Positions 49,990 to 50,356 of a stretch of DNA of 50,356 nucleotides are shown here, in pieces. The stretch spans positions 34,564,012-34,614,367 of the forward strand of contig NC_068996.1 of assembly GCF_001194135.2 (NCBI RefSeq), read 5' to 3'. This DNA is from Octopus bimaculoides (taxonomy: Eukaryota). Position numbers and translations under genes: made by a program. A model generated the notes under the pieces. It did no database searches, was not told where the DNA came from, and worked only from the letters and a program-made list of their open reading frames with translations. Numbering within the stretch: position 1 is the stretch's first letter; each line of letters opens with the position of its first letter.

Positions 49990-50356
49990 CCGGTGCTGGA
50001 CTTTAGGGAACTGAACGACCATATATTGTGCCACACTGGAGGCGAGGCAACGGACGTTTGCGGTGAGACATTACGTGTGTGGAGACAGTCGACCAAGGCA
50101 GCGACGATCGTCGACTTGAAGTCGGCATATTTGCAGCTCCGTGTGAGTGACAAGCTGTGGCGATACCAGCTGGTGCGGTACAAGGGCCGGACGTACTGTT
50201 TAACCAGGCTGGGTTTCGGGCTGAATTCCGCTCCGAAAATTATGGCGATGGTGCTCAAGTCCGTCCTAGGGAAAGAGGAGAGGATAAGGAAGGCCACCAG
50301 TTCCTACATCAACGACATTTTGGTTGACGAGACTGTAGTGCCAGCCACCGAGGTAG
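49990..50356 (+). mobile_element. Ty3/Gypsy-like LTR retrotransposon reverse transcriptase fragment, 5'-truncated, runs off the window end
   Basis: Reads PVLDFRELNDH...ATIVDLKSAYLQLRV...YCLTRLGFGLNSAPKIM...SYINDILV. The catalytic YxDD is changed to YIND (AAC at 50311), so it is probably inactive. Confidence 0.88.

Noticed and set aside
49962-50297. 111-aa minus ORF at the window end
   Set aside because: Antisense shadow of the plus-strand Gypsy-like RT.
1-50356. CRISPR arrays, rRNA genes, prokaryotic operons
   Set aside because: No repeat-spacer arrays or rRNA motifs were seen; the window is a spliced eukaryotic gene.

Overview
Eukaryotic, AT-rich, repeat-dense genomic window with nine N-gaps. 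The repeat landscape suggests an octopus or other coleoid cephalopod (inference, not verified). The + strand carries the middle of a HERC2 E3 ubiquitin ligase gene. I traced 18 GT-AG exons (2314-41854, 3603 nt, about 1200 codons) whose splice phases join into one open frame, including the MIB-HERC2 domain and the first half of the UBA-like domain. There is also a probable 33-nt microexon at 47721-47753, and one expected exon is missing, probably inside an N-gap. The introns hold many mobile-element relics: an uninterrupted Penelope-like (PLE) ORF fragment with a GIY-YIG endonuclease (1-1213, -), RTE and CR1/L2 LINE ends, a Tc1/mariner transposase relic, piggyBac-type MITEs, several tRNA-derived SINE families and a Gypsy-like RT at the window end. 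The most unusual signal is a set of at least six type I hammerhead-ribozyme motifs from four unrelated sequence families, all inside introns and all with palindromic stem III, and mostly embedded in inverted-repeat structures. Two have apparently intact cores: 45155-45273 on the pre-mRNA strand and 29969-30004 on the opposite strand. All alignments and folds were done by eye. Repeat boundaries are approximate, and homology calls rest on recalled family motifs, not database searches.
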